64,000 bases of DNA from Oscillospiraceae bacterium (GCA_015066345.1 SVOQ01000002.1:58659-122658), one strand, 5' to 3'; counted from the first letter of the stretch, positions 1 to 10,232 are shown. Notes: generated by a model not told the origin, from the letters alone. Program-made: numbers and translations.

Positions 1-499
1 CGGTTACGCTATGATACCCATTATTGAGAAAGAAATCTGCGATAAATACAAATGGCTCAAAGGTGAAGAAATACTTGATATTTTCGCTATTGCGGAAAGC
101 ACCCCCGGTCCCATTGCCATAAATTCCGCAACTTTCGTCGGCTACAAGGTGGCAGGATTTTTTGGTGCATTCTGTGCTACTTTCGGTGTAGTATTGCCCT
201 CTTTCGTTGTTATTTCTCTTATTTCCCTTGTGCTTAAAGAATTCAGCGAATACAGAGCGGTTAAATACGCCTTTATGGGCATTCGTGCAGGTGTACTCGC
301 CCTCGTTATAAAAGCCCTCGTATCAATGTATAAAAAATGCCCCAAGGGTATTTTTGGTTACATTCTTATGGGCGTAGCTTTTGTAGTATCCGCTTTCACC
401 AATGTTAATATTATCTTCGTTATTATCGCTTGTGCATTGGTTGGACTTATTTACTCCGTAATTATGAGAAAGCGAGGTAAAGAAGTATGTCAGAAATAA
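1..499 (+). CDS. chrA: chromate transporter (CHR) family protein, half-size; 5' end runs off the window
   Basis: The frame is open from base 2 (GYAM precedes the listed Met). ESTPGPIAINSATFVGY mirrors ESTPGPFAINISTYVG in the next ORF. Polytopic hydrophobic profile. Overlaps the partner gene by 13 nt. Confidence 0.75.
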   Translation, partial: GYAMIPIIEKEICDKYKWLKGEEILDIFAIAESTPGPIAINSATFVGYKVAGFFGAFCATFGVVLPSFVVISLISLVLKEFSEYRAVKYAFMGIRAGVLALVIKALVSMYKKCPKGIFGYILMGVAFVVSAFTNVNIIFVIIACALVGLIYSVIMRKRGKEVCQK

Positions 500-1101
500 T
501 TCTTGAATTCCTCAAGCTTTTCTTAACATTTTTCAGAATAGGTCTTTTCACATTTGGTGGGGGCTACGCAATGCTCCCCCTTATACAGGATGCGGTTATT
601 AAAAATGAATGGCTTTCAGAAGAAGCAATTGTAAATTTCATAGCCGTAAGCGAAAGCACCCCCGGACCCTTCGCTATAAATATTTCGACATACGTGGGTA
701 TGGAACGAGGCAGGGATTTATTAAATCTTCCCGGTGGTTTCTTAGGTGCGGCAGTTGCTACATTGGGCGTGGTACTCCCCTCGTTTATAGTTATTCTTAT
801 TGTTGCTAAAGTTTATAAAAAGTTTCAGGAAAGCAAAACTGTACAGGGTTGTATGACGGGCTTACGTCCCACAGTTATCGGTCTTATAGCCGCCGCGGTT
901 TTAAATATCGGTTCAACGGTTTTCTTCCCCGACGGTTTCGCTTTGGCAAATATGAATTTCTACAATATGGCGGTTTCATTGGTAATCGCCGTAATAGGAA
1001 TTGTCCTTATATTCAAAAAGAAAGTACATCCCATAATCCTGATAGTTATTTCCGCAGTGCTTGGTATCGGTGCAGGATTCTTAGGTGAATTAATAAAATA
1101 A
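487..1101 (+). CDS. chrA: chromate transporter (CHR) family protein, second half-size paralog
   Basis: FGGGYAMLPL and SESTPGPFAIN motifs typical of the CHR family. Paired with the upstream paralog. Confidence 0.8.
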   Translation: MSEIILEFLKLFLTFFRIGLFTFGGGYAMLPLIQDAVIKNEWLSEEAIVNFIAVSESTPGPFAINISTYVGMERGRDLLNLPGGFLGAAVATLGVVLPSFIVILIVAKVYKKFQESKTVQGCMTGLRPTVIGLIAAAVLNIGSTVFFPDGFALANMNFYNMAVSLVIAVIGIVLIFKKKVHPIILIVISAVLGIGAGFLGELIK

Positions 1102-1115
1102 AGGTTGATTGATTT

Positions 1116-3206
1116 ATGACTATAACAGATTACTTCGGTTGTGACGTTTTCTCTGAAAAAGTAATGAAAAAACGCCTTCCCGAGGAGGCTTTCAAAGAGC
1201 TTGAACGCACCCTCGAAACAGGTCACAGACTTAATATTGACGTTGCTAATATTATAGCTAACGCAATGAAGGACTGGGCTATTGAAAAAGGTGCTACCCA
1301 CTACACACACTGGTTCCAACCCCTTACGGGTATCACCGCCGAAAAACACGATAGTTTTATTACTTCCAAAAAAGACGGCAGAGTTATTATGGAGTTCTCC
1401 GGTAAAGAACTTATTCAGGGCGAACCCGATGCATCTTCTTTCCCATCGGGTGGTCTCAGAGCTACTTTCGAAGCAAGGGGTTATACTGCGTGGGACCCCA
1501 CATCTTTCGCCTTTATCAAAGACGGTGTACTTTGTATTCCTACTGCTTTCTGCTCCTACGGTGGCGAGGCTCTTGATAAAAAGACCCCCCTACTCAGGTC
1601 AATGGAGGCAATTAATAAACAGACATTACGTATACTTAAACTTTTCGGTCACAATGAAGTTGTTTCGGTAAAAACCACCGTTGGTCCCGAGCAGGAATAC
1701 TTCCTTGTTGACAGTGATGTTTTTAATAAAAGAAAAGACCTTGTTTACACAGGCAGAACTCTTTTCGGTGCAATGCCCCCCAAGGGTCAGGAACTTGATG
1801 ACCACTACTTCGGTGCTATAAAACCCCGTGTACAAGCCTTCATGAAGGACCTTGACGAGGAATTGTGGAGATTGGGTGTTCTCGCTAAAACCGAGCATAA
1901 CGAGGCAGCTCCCGCTCAGCACGAATTAGCCCCCATTTTCACTACAACAAACATTGCTACTGACCACAACCAGATAACAATGGAAACTATGCAGAAATGC
2001 GCAAAGAAGCACGGAATGATTTGTCTTCTTCACGAAAAGCCTTTTGCAGGTGTTAACGGTAGCGGTAAGCACAATAACTGGTCCATTTCTACAAACACAA
2101 ACGTAAACCTTCTTGAGCCCGGTGAAACTCCCGCAGAAAATGCTCAGTTCCTTTTATTCCTTTGTGCGGTTATTAAAGCCGTTGACGATTATCAGGATTT
2201 ATTGAGAATTTCTATTGCATCTGCAGGTAATGACCACCGACTCGGTGCTCAGGAAGCTCCCCCTGCAATCGTATCAATGTTCTTAGGGGAGGAACTTACC
2301 GCTATTCTCGAATCTATTGAGAAGGACGAAGATTACGATAATAAAGAGAAAGAAGTTCTTAAGGTCGGTGTTCATGTACTTCCCCGTTTCCCCAAGGACA
2401 CTACCGACAGAAATAGAACATCTCCCTTTGCATTTACAGGTAACAAATTTGAGTTCCGTATGTTAGGCTCATCCGCTTCCGTAGCAGGTCCTAACACCAC
2501 ACTCAACACCGCCGTAGCAGATGTTCTTTCACAGTTTGCAGACGAACTTGAAAATACAACTGATTTCGAAAGTGCCTTACACTCACTTATTAAGAGAGTA
2601 ATCAAAAACCACAAGCGTATAATTTTCAACGGTAACGGTTATGATGATGCGTGGGTTGAAGAAGCAGAAAAAAGAGGTCTTCTTAATCTCCCCTCAACAC
2701 CCGACTGTTTACCCTATATGCTCCACGATAAAAACATCGAATTGTACAAGCGTCACAAGGTTTACAGTGAAGCAGAAATTAAGGCACACTACGAAATTAA
2801 AAATGAAAAATACTGTAAGTATCTCAACATCGAAGTTCTTACAATGATTGAGATGACTAAAAAAGATATTCTTCCCTGTGTAAGCCGTAACATCCACGAA
2901 CTTGCAGATACACTTATTGCAAAGCGTACAATCAGTAATGGTATCGACACTACATACGAAGAAAATCTTGTAAAAACTCTTTCAGAACTCAGTGCAAAAG
3001 CTTTCGATGACGTTACCTCTTTAGGTGAACTATCTAAAGAAGTTAAATCAATAGAAGAAAGTGATGCAGCGGCAATGTTCTACAAAAACCGCATTATTCC
3101 CATTATGAACTCTTTAAGAGAATCCGTTGATACTATGGAAAGCCTTTGCTCCAGTGAGCACTGGTGCTACCCCTCATACGGAGATTTACTTTTCAGCGTA
3201 AGATAA
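1116..3206 (+). CDS. glnA: glutamine synthetase, type III
   Basis: 696 aa, the size of a type [24 protein letters not shown] and [13 protein letters not shown] motifs. Confidence 0.9.
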   Translation: MTITDYFGCDVFSEKVMKKRLPEEAFKELERTLETGHRLNIDVANIIANAMKDWAIEKGATHYTHWFQPLTGITAEKHDSFITSKKDGRVIMEFSGKELIQGEPDASSFPSGGLRATFEARGYTAWDPTSFAFIKDGVLCIPTAFCSYGGEALDKKTPLLRSMEAINKQTLRILKLFGHNEVVSVKTTVGPEQEYFLVDSDVFNKRKDLVYTGRTLFGAMPPKGQELDDHYFGAIKPRVQAFMKDLDEELWRLGVLAKTEHNEAAPAQHELAPIFTTTNIATDHNQITMETMQKCAKKHGMICLLHEKPFAGVNGSGKHNNWSISTNTNVNLLEPGETPAENAQFLLFLCAVIKAVDDYQDLLRISIASAGNDHRLGAQEAPPAIVSMFLGEELTAILESIEKDEDYDNKEKEVLKVGVHVLPRFPKDTTDRNRTSPFAFTGNKFEFRMLGSSASVAGPNTTLNTAVADVLSQFADELENTTDFESALHSLIKRVIKNHKRIIFNGNGYDDAWVEEAEKRGLLNLPSTPDCLPYMLHDKNIELYKRHKVYSEAEIKAHYEIKNEKYCKYLNIEVLTMIEMTKKDILPCVSRNIHELADTLIAKRTISNGIDTTYEENLVKTLSELSAKAFDDVTSLGELSKEVKSIEESDAAAMFYKNRIIPIMNSLRESVDTMESLCSSEHWCYPSYGDLLFSVR

Positions 3207-3235
3207 AAAAAGAAGCCTCGCGGCTTCTTTTTTTA
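3207..3235. terminator. bidirectional intrinsic terminator (glnA on +; hflX 3' UTR on -)
   Basis: GAAGCC-TCGC-GGCTTC hairpin flanked by an A-run upstream and a T-run downstream. Confidence 0.8.
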
Positions 3236-3270
3236 ATGCGTAATTCATAATGCGTAATGCGTAATTAGAT

Positions 3271-3337
3271 GGGCAATTTTATAATGCCGACCGCAGGTCC
3301 CGATAATTACGAATTATGCATTAAGCATTTCGAATTA
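3271..3337. repeat. intergenic repeat module, copy 1 (partner at 25284..25346)
   Basis: ATAATGCCGACCGCAGGTCCCGATAATTA ... TGCATTAAGCATT ... CGAATTA. The same ordered blocks occur at 25291-25346. It ends exactly on the hflX stop codon. Confidence 0.8.
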
Positions 3338-4579
3338 AATAATATATTCTTCGTACTTCTCGAGTACAAATATCTCTGCGGTAATATCCAACAACAACCC
3401 ATCTGCAGTATATTCTTCCGAATGCACGACGCCCGTTTTACGAAGTTCTGCACCTGCACCACCCATTGAAAAGGGTAAAAGTATTTTAACTCTTTTCCTT
3501 GTCGGAGGAAGTGCAGTGGCAATTTTTTCAAGAAGCAGAGGAAGTCCCTCCCCTGTTTTTGCTGAAACCCGTACCACATTTCCTACTAAAGGAATTGAAA
3601 TATCATTGGTTAAGTCGCATTTATTGAGGACTGTAATTGTAGGTTTATCACCGCATCCCAATTCCTCAAGAAGTTCATTTGTGACCCTGTAATGCTCGGA
3701 GCATTCATCACTTGATGCGTCGCAGATATTGAGTATTACATTAGCGTCCACGGCTTCGTCAAGGGTTGATTTGAATGCCTCAACCAATTTATGAGGAAGT
3801 CTTCTTATAAACCCAACGGTATCTATTAGAAGAACTGAATTACCATCGGGCAAAGTCAATGCTCTCGCAGTAGGGTCAAGGGTTGCAAAAAGTTTATTTT
3901 CCGCAAGAACTCCTGCATCTGTAAGAGTATTCATTAATGTGGATTTCCCCGCGTTTGTGTATCCCACAAGGGCAACGGTAACTACTCCGTCTTTTTTACG
4001 TCTTTCTCTGTGACGTGTGCGTCTTTCGTCAAGGGCTTTCAAATCCTCGGTCAGTGCCGAAATTCTACGTCTTATATGTCGACGGTCAGTTTCCAACTTA
4101 GTTTCGCCGGGACCCCTTGTACCGATACCACCGCCGAGCCTTGACATCGAAGCACCTTTACCACCAAGACGGGGCAATGCGTACTTTAACTGAGCAAGTT
4201 CAACCTGTAATTTACCCTCACCCGAAAGAGCACGACCTGCAAAAATATCAAGTATAAGTGTTGTACGGTCAATAACTCTTACATCAGTTATAGTTTCAAT
4301 ATTCTTTTGTTGAGCAGGTGACAACTCGCCGTCAACAATAACAAGGTCGGGCTTTTCATTCTCACAAAACTCCGAAAGTTCTTCAAGTTTACCCCTACCG
4401 AGATATGTGCCGGGCTCGGGTGCTTCACGTTTCTGGGTCATTTCACATATAACCTCTGCACCCGCGGTTTTAGCAAGTTCCGTAAGTTCCGCCAAAGATG
4501 AGTCCACATCAAACTCACCCGTATCAACGGAAATTAACACGGCACGTTCCGCCTCAACTTTATTTTCATAAAATTCCAT
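3335..4579 (-). CDS. hflX: GTPase HflX
   Basis: 414 aa. GYTNAGKST P-loop, DTVGF, NKCD, and an N-terminal HflX-type domain. Confidence 0.9.
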   Translation of the reverse strand: MEFYENKVEAERAVLISVDTGEFDVDSSLAELTELAKTAGAEVICEMTQKREAPEPGTYLGRGKLEELSEFCENEKPDLVIVDGELSPAQQKNIETITDVRVIDRTTLILDIFAGRALSGEGKLQVELAQLKYALPRLGGKGASMSRLGGGIGTRGPGETKLETDRRHIRRRISALTEDLKALDERRTRHRERRKKDGVVTVALVGYTNAGKSTLMNTLTDAGVLAENKLFATLDPTARALTLPDGNSVLLIDTVGFIRRLPHKLVEAFKSTLDEAVDANVILNICDASSDECSEHYRVTNELLEELGCGDKPTITVLNKCDLTNDISIPLVGNVVRVSAKTGEGLPLLLEKIATALPPTRKRVKILLPFSMGGAGAELRKTGVVHSEEYTADGLLLDITAEIFVLEKYEEYII

Positions 4580-4604
4580 AAATTCACCAAATTATAAATT
4601 TATT

Positions 4605-4637
4605 AGAACCCTGTTCACCAACGGTAAACAGGGTTCT
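4605..4637. terminator. hairpin downstream of the BY-kinase gene
   Basis: AGAACCCTGTT/AACAGGGTTCT 11-bp stem. The U-tract is poor in the minus orientation. Confidence 0.5.
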
Positions 4638-4645
4638 TGTTTTGT

Positions 4646-6145
4646 TTATCTTTTCTTTTTGTGGTGTCTGCTTCCGTAGTAGTAGGATGAGCCATAGTAT
4701 CCGCCGTAACGGTTTGAGAAATAGCCACCTGCTTTTTCAGTAGCAATCTTAAGAGTACCTGTACCTGCACGGTTGTAGATACAACCCATAATGTCCGCTT
4801 TAGTTGTTAAAATATCACTTAAAGCGTACTCGATCTGAGGAATAGCAACTCTCTCTTCTGCAGCAACGAATACCATTGAATCAACATAGTTTGCAACGAT
4901 AGCCGCGTCAGCAACAACACCTGCAGGAGGACAGTCAACAATAACGTAATCGAAATTCTTTTTAGCCTCTGCAATAACCTGAGCAGTAATATCTGAAGCA
5001 AGTGTTTCAGAGGGGTCTGCAACAGCAGCGGATGAAATAAGAAGATAAAGATTATATTTTTCAATATATTTTACTGAATCTTCAAAAGATTTAACACCGT
5101 TTACGATATCGTAGATACCTTTTTCACCTTCGATATTGATACCCAATGTTTTGCAAACTGCGGGTTTTCTAAGGTCGGCGTCAATAAGGAGAACTGATTT
5201 ACCACTCTTTGCAAGAGAAAGTGCAATATTTGTTGAACAGGTAGTTTTACCTTCACTTTCAGTTGAACTTGTAACCGCGAATACTGAATAACCCTTTTTC
5301 AGTTTTGCGTTTTCAAATTTAGTTCTGATAAGTTTAAATGTTTCAATAAAGGGAAGACCAACGTTTCTGTCAGTAATAAGAAGACGTGCACGGTCACCCT
5401 TTTTCTTGCTTTTGATATTAGAAACCGTAGCAATAATATCAATATTACTGAAGTTATTCTTAATATCCTCAGTTGAGAGCAATTTATTCTGGATTTTTGC
5501 AGTAATAAGGATAATTATTATAGCAAGAGCCGCACCAATAATAAAACCTGCTGCAGTATAAAGCACTGTAGATGAGTCCGCCTCAAGTTTTGCTTTTGTA
5601 GCACTGTCAACAACTGTGATATGTGCTGTGGGGAAGTTTTCGTCGTTAACAATTGTATGGTAAGCACTCTCAATAGCAGTAGCAACGATATAAGCAAGTT
5701 CTTCATCGGTTGAAGTAACCTTAATATTAACAATCAATGAATCTGTAACGTGTTCAACACTCATCATATTACGGAGTTGGCTTTTTTCATATTCCACACC
5801 CGTTTTAGCAGTAACTTCATTCTGCACTGCAGTAATAAATCCGTCACCGTTCTGCATAAGTTGTTTTAAAGTGTTAGCAATTACGGCGGATGCCTGCGCA
5901 TCGCTGGCGCTTGTCTGCCCCGCACTTGTACCTACAATGTTTTTGTCCTTATTGGAAACAGCTAACATAAGTTTTGAAGTATATTGCTCCGTATATGTTA
6001 TTTTTGCAATACTGAAGCCACTGACACAGAATATTACAACAAAAATAACAATAAGCCACCATTTACTGAGAACTTGGCGTAAAATCTTGAGAATGGGAGC
6101 TAAGCCAATATCCTCATCATGGGTTCTTTTTTCTTCGTAAGCCAT
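4646..6145 (-). CDS. polysaccharide biosynthesis tyrosine autokinase (fused Wzz-like transmembrane modulator and BY-kinase)
   Basis: N-terminal TM plus chain-length-determinant-like region. Walker A SSTESEGKTT. C-terminal Tyr cluster YGGYYGSSYYYGS. Confidence 0.8.
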   Translation of the reverse strand: MAYEEKRTHDEDIGLAPILKILRQVLSKWWLIVIFVVIFCVSGFSIAKITYTEQYTSKLMLAVSNKDKNIVGTSAGQTSASDAQASAVIANTLKQLMQNGDGFITAVQNEVTAKTGVEYEKSQLRNMMSVEHVTDSLIVNIKVTSTDEELAYIVATAIESAYHTIVNDENFPTAHITVVDSATKAKLEADSSTVLYTAAGFIIGAALAIIIILITAKIQNKLLSTEDIKNNFSNIDIIATVSNIKSKKKGDRARLLITDRNVGLPFIETFKLIRTKFENAKLKKGYSVFAVTSSTESEGKTTCSTNIALSLAKSGKSVLLIDADLRKPAVCKTLGINIEGEKGIYDIVNGVKSFEDSVKYIEKYNLYLLISSAAVADPSETLASDITAQVIAEAKKNFDYVIVDCPPAGVVADAAIVANYVDSMVFVAAEERVAIPQIEYALSDILTTKADIMGCIYNRAGTGTLKIATEKAGGYFSNRYGGYYGSSYYYGSRHHKKKR

Positions 6146-6223
6146 CTGTATTCTCCTTTTTATTTCATATATATTCTATATTATCATAAATAAACTTTAA
6201 CTACAATAGTTTTTTACAATTTT

Positions 6224-7402
6224 TTATAATCCGTTTCGCTTTAAAAACTCGATCTGTTTATCTTTTGCGTTTTCATCAACTGAGTTTATACTATCCGCTT
6301 CGTCCAAGTATTTTCCACGGTTTTTAAAAGCACTAATCCATCTTACAACCCACATTAACGGAAGTAAAAATGGTAATTTTTTAAGAACGGGGTATCTTTT
6401 CTTCATAAGTTTATAGGGCAAAAACAATCTTGTTAAAAAATAAGATGATTTTTTATCGCTATAATCACCGTTTATAATACCGCTTAAATAATAATTTGTC
6501 TGAGTGCCGAAAACACCGCTTAAAATTATATACTCCGCAGTTTCTTTTATAACCTCGTCACTTTCGCCATTATTAAACCAGTAATCCGAAAGCCTGTCCA
6601 TACTTTTTGCAAATTCCGTAAGTCCTGTTTTTTCAAGGGACTCATTTAAAATATCCGCATCGCACAAGGGCTTTAACTTTTTATTTAAATAATAGTGGTC
6701 AACTATACTCTTAATACCCGTACCCGCCGATTCAAAGTGGTGGGCAGTATGGGAAAGAATGTAAACATAAAAATCCTCACGAGTCATATTCATTGAATAT
6801 CCGTTTTCGCAAATATCCATTCTTTCAAGAGCACCTTTATAATAATCGTAACCCTTATCGTAATCGTATTTTAATTCCTTATGAAGTTCAAGGTTCAAAA
6901 ACGGTTTTTTTACGTAACCCGCATCCTTTTCATCCTCATAATTATCGTAAACATAGCCTCTGTCAACAAGAAGTTGAGCGGCTTCCGGTGATTTTTCCGT
7001 TTCCACAAGCACGTCAATATCCAGCATAAATCGCATATCGGGATTATCATAAAACGCAGAAACCTTAGTTCCCTTAAGGAAGCAGTGTTTTATCTTATTC
7101 TCTGCGAAGATTTCAGATAAATCCTTGATTTCCTGCTCCTGAGCCGTGTGACGTGCCGCACATCTGAACAGTTCTTTTCTGAATATTTTTTTGTATTCAT
7201 CGGGTGCAGTTTCACTATTAATAACCGAGTTAGCAATTAAAGGTTTTACCTTGTGTCTTTCAGCCAATTTGCTGATTTTTTCAAAATCAGTATTTTCGGG
7301 GAAATCATATTTCTCGCCGACAAGTTGACTTTTAATTGCATTTATTATTAATTCACCCGTGTATAGGATATCATTAGTAATCTCTGTCTTTTTATTTTCC
7401 AT
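6224..7402 (-). CDS. uncharacterised nucleotidyltransferase family protein (NTP_transf_5-like)
   Basis: FLKGTKVSAFYDNPDMRFMLDIDVLV motif block. Start overlaps the upstream gene by 11 nt. Confidence 0.6.
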   Translation of the reverse strand: MENKKTEITNDILYTGELIINAIKSQLVGEKYDFPENTDFEKISKLAERHKVKPLIANSVINSETAPDEYKKIFRKELFRCAARHTAQEQEIKDLSEIFAENKIKHCFLKGTKVSAFYDNPDMRFMLDIDVLVETEKSPEAAQLLVDRGYVYDNYEDEKDAGYVKKPFLNLELHKELKYDYDKGYDYYKGALERMDICENGYSMNMTREDFYVYILSHTAHHFESAGTGIKSIVDHYYLNKKLKPLCDADILNESLEKTGLTEFAKSMDRLSDYWFNNGESDEVIKETAEYIILSGVFGTQTNYYLSGIINGDYSDKKSSYFLTRLFLPYKLMKKRYPVLKKLPFLLPLMWVVRWISAFKNRGKYLDEADSINSVDENAKDKQIEFLKRNGL

Positions 7403-7847
7403 TTCTCAACCTGTAAAGTTTATAACGCAACCGCCTTATGGGATAACGTTTTTTTACATTTTTTACGTATTTATTCTTGTATTTTACATATTCGCTATCG
7501 TCAACATCAAATAAATTACCATCGCGACATATACTACTTACAACGCCGATTATGTGTTTATCGGTAATACCCTTTTCTAATATAAATTGGTTATCACCAC
7601 ACATAATATAACCATCTTCAGTTATGTCCACAACTCTATGTAAAACGAAAGCACCCGTATCCCTACGATAAAGAGGAATGTCGCCGATTTCAAGGGGAAA
7701 TTGGGGCTTTCTGATGAGAACATAATCCCTACCCGCTATAAGAAGGGGATTCATACTCGTACCAGTAATAGGTATTTTAAAAGTGGTGTTTTTTTGAAAT
7801 GCATCCTCAATGAAGGGAAGCAACGTCACCATTGACATCTGTTTCAT
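7392..7847 (-). CDS. S26/S24-family peptidase (SipW-like signal peptidase fold)
   Basis: GTSMNP Ser box, LHRVV His box, CGDNQ box. 1-nt gap to the PqqD gene. Confidence 0.6.
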   Translation of the reverse strand: MKQMSMVTLLPFIEDAFQKNTTFKIPITGTSMNPLLIAGRDYVLIRKPQFPLEIGDIPLYRRDTGAFVLHRVVDITEDGYIMCGDNQFILEKGITDKHIIGVVSSICRDGNLFDVDDSEYVKYKNKYVKNVKKRYPIRRLRYKLYRLRNGK

Positions 7848-7848
7848 A

Positions 7849-8127
7849 TTATTTTTCCAATATTTTATAACTTTCTAATTTATCAAGAAAAGCCGTAAGG
7901 TCATTACGAAGTACATCTTCGGGTGCATCATACTCACTTTTTAAACGAGCAACAATTTCTTCGAAATCCTCACCCTGCTCAAGAGCTTTCCAGATAACCT
8001 CCGCAGGACCGTTAAGAGTAATCATACCCTTGATATTTTTTACCGCTTCACCTACGGGTACAACAACGGGTGTACCTGCAACGGTTTTTAAAACATAATT
8101 CTCGTTAAGTTTCATTTTCATCACCAC
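7849..8127 (-). CDS. PqqD-family protein (RiPP recognition element-like)
   Basis: About 90 aa. LNGPAEVIWKALEQGEDFEEIVARLKSEYDAPEDVLRNDLTAFLDKLESYKIL matches the PqqD pattern. Start is ambiguous (GTG 8127, ATG 8124 or ATG 8118). Confidence 0.7.
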   Translation of the reverse strand: MVMKMKLNENYVLKTVAGTPVVVPVGEAVKNIKGMITLNGPAEVIWKALEQGEDFEEIVARLKSEYDAPEDVLRNDLTAFLDKLESYKILEK

Positions 8128-8151
8128 AAAAATTCATATTTTTCTATGTTA

Positions 8152-8180
8152 ATATTACCATACTAACCTGAATAAATCAA
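8152..8180 (-). promoter_or_regulatory. putative sigma-A promoter of the PqqD operon
   Basis: Minus strand reads TTGATT, 17 nt, TAATAT. It lies just downstream of the MATE terminator. Confidence 0.5.
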
Positions 8181-8182
8181 GC

Positions 8183-8216
8183 AAAAAAAGAACAAGCAAA
8201 GATTCGCCTGTTCTTT
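8183..8216 (-). terminator. intrinsic terminator after the MATE gene
   Basis: GAACAGGC/GCTTGTTC stem (1 mismatch) followed by a T-run on the minus strand. Confidence 0.65.
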
Positions 8217-8222
8217 AAAATA

Positions 8223-9566
8223 CTATTCTTTTTTCAGCTTTCTACTCACTTTATGAAGCACTACAAAAAATGCAGGGAATAAGAATATGTCGGCTATTAT
8301 CCATGCTAAGGGGTTTACAAGACAAGCCGCGTCATAACCGAATCTTTCAACAAAAACGAGACCACCGATACCACGTGCAACTAATTCGAAAACGCCCGTC
8401 ATCATAGCCGTTATACTGTAACCAAGACCCTGAATAGCGTTACGCAATAAGAAAAGCACTGATAATATGAGATAGAAATAACTACCCATATCTATATATT
8501 GCTGAGCGAGGGCTATAACCGTGGTTTCACTTGATTCAACAAAAAGCAACGATAAATACGGTCCGAAAAACTTTGCAACAAAAATACCTAAAACAGAATA
8601 TATAGCCGCAAGTACAAAACCGCTGCCTATGCCCTTTTTAATTCTGCCGAGTTTTTTAGCACCTAAATTCTGACCGCAATATGTCGCCATAGTAAGACCG
8701 ATGGTTTCTGCGGGTAAGACTATCATAAGTTGAGTTTTAGCTCCGATAGTAAATGCCGCTATAATATCGGGACCCAAATCGTTAACGCAGGACTGAAGCA
8801 TAACAGAGCCGAGAGCCGTTATGGAAAACTGCAATGCCATAGGAAGTCCGTTTTTAAGAAGGGCAAGAATAAATTTAAAATCAGGCTTCGCCGTTTCTTT
8901 TGTCATATGAAGAATGGGGAAACTGCGTTTAACATAAATAAAGCACAACACACCCGAAACGAACTGGGATATAACCGTAGCAACGGAAGCACCCCTAACC
9001 CCCATATCAAAAACTTCAATAAGAAGAAGGTCAAGACCTACGTTAAGCACCGAAGAAAAGAGCAGGAAATAAAGGGGCGTCTTACTGTCTCCGAGACTTC
9101 TTACAATACTCGCAAGAAGGTTATAAAACATAGTTGCTCCTATACCTGCAAATATTATAACAATATAAGAATAAGCTTCATCATATATCTCGGCAGGTGT
9201 ATTAATTATATTAAGAAGCGGCTTTGTAAAAAGCAACGCCGCAACAGTTATAACAGCCGCCAAAACTATCGAAACATAAATGATATTTGCAACGTATTTT
9301 TTTAAACTTTTTATATCCTGAGCACCGAAACGTTGGGCAATGGGTATGGCAAAACCTGCACAAAGACCGATAACCGAACCGATAATAAGAAAGTTAAGGG
9401 AACTGACTGAGCCTACCGCTGACAAAGCATCTTTACCGACGCATTTACCAACAATAATAGCATCCGCCATATTATAAAGCTGTTGAAACAGGTTACCAAC
9501 CATAAGAGGAAGACAGAACTTTATTATATTTTTCATAGGACTGCCCGTAGTCATATCCTTGGTCAA
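8223..9566 (-). CDS. MATE family efflux transporter
   Basis: 447 aa, 12-TM profile, N-terminal IIKFCLPLMVGNLFQQLYNMADAIIVG typical of MATE. Confidence 0.85.
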   Translation of the reverse strand: MTKDMTTGSPMKNIIKFCLPLMVGNLFQQLYNMADAIIVGKCVGKDALSAVGSVSSLNFLIIGSVIGLCAGFAIPIAQRFGAQDIKSLKKYVANIIYVSIVLAAVITVAALLFTKPLLNIINTPAEIYDEAYSYIVIIFAGIGATMFYNLLASIVRSLGDSKTPLYFLLFSSVLNVGLDLLLIEVFDMGVRGASVATVISQFVSGVLCFIYVKRSFPILHMTKETAKPDFKFILALLKNGLPMALQFSITALGSVMLQSCVNDLGPDIIAAFTIGAKTQLMIVLPAETIGLTMATYCGQNLGAKKLGRIKKGIGSGFVLAAIYSVLGIFVAKFFGPYLSLLFVESSETTVIALAQQYIDMGSYFYLILSVLFLLRNAIQGLGYSITAMMTGVFELVARGIGGLVFVERFGYDAACLVNPLAWIIADIFLFPAFFVVLHKVSRKLKKE

Positions 9567-9583
9567 ACTATCACCTCATTCAC

Positions 9584-10231
9584 TCATTTAGAGTTAAACT
9601 TTGCCTCTACCCTATTAATTGGTACACCCATTGAAGAAAATCTTTTTTCATATTCGGTCATAACATTCCCGTCCATATACTCCGAATTATGAAGGTCAAA
9701 TGTAAGTTTATCAAGGGTCATACCATACTCTTTAAATTCCTCTAAAGAAAAATCGAAAAGTCCTCTGTTATCGGTTTTAAAGAATATTGCACCGTCTTTT
9801 TTTAATATTTTCTCGTAAATTGAAAGAAAACTTCTGTAAGTAAGTCTTCTTTTCTCGTGACGTGCCTTGGGCCACGGGTCGGAGAAATTGAGGTAAATTC
9901 TGTCGATACCGCTTTCGGGGAAAATCTCCGCAAGTTCCTTTGCGTCAACGCAACATACCCTTATGTTTTTAAGTTCGCTCTTTTTAACCTTTTCCGCCGC
10001 AAGCATTAAAACGTCGGACACTTTCTCAATAGCGAGAAAATTTACGTCCGGCTCTTTAGCGGCAGTACCCACTATAAAATCACCTTTACCGCAACCGATT
10101 TCTATACGCAAAGGGTTATCATTTCCGAAAAGTTCACGTGATGTTGAACCCTCTTCTCTTAAATTTTTAATTACGATATCGCCACAAGCCTCAAGTCTTT
10201 CGGCACCGTGTTTTTTCTTTTTAATTCTCAT
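9584..10231 (-). CDS. trmB: tRNA (guanine46-N7)-methyltransferase
   Basis: EIGCGKG SAM motif and NFSDPWPKARHEKRRL. Confidence 0.9.
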   Translation of the reverse strand: MRIKKKKHGAERLEACGDIVIKNLREEGSTSRELFGNDNPLRIEIGCGKGDFIVGTAAKEPDVNFLAIEKVSDVLMLAAEKVKKSELKNIRVCCVDAKELAEIFPESGIDRIYLNFSDPWPKARHEKRRLTYRSFLSIYEKILKKDGAIFFKTDNRGLFDFSLEEFKEYGMTLDKLTFDLHNSEYMDGNVMTEYEKRFSSMGVPINRVEAKFNSK

Positions 10232-10232
10232 A

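Noticed and set aside
3269-3579. ORFs 3269-3469 (+) and 3307-3579 (-), and 25223-25426 (+).
   Set aside because: They start in the intergenic repeat modules and run antisense or out of frame into hflX or the rsmF-like gene. No independent support.
8730-9305. Long antisense ORFs inside confirmed genes. Examples: 8730-9305 (+), 48985-49641 (+), 15629-16153 (+), 16078-16611 (+), 960-1349 (-), 1282-1671 (+), 19601-20011 (+), 33097-33468 (+).
   Set aside because: Each lies entirely within, and opposite or out of frame to, a gene with strong family motifs. Their products are low-complexity or Ser/Leu/Arg-rich with no Shine-Dalgarno, as expected for shadow ORFs.
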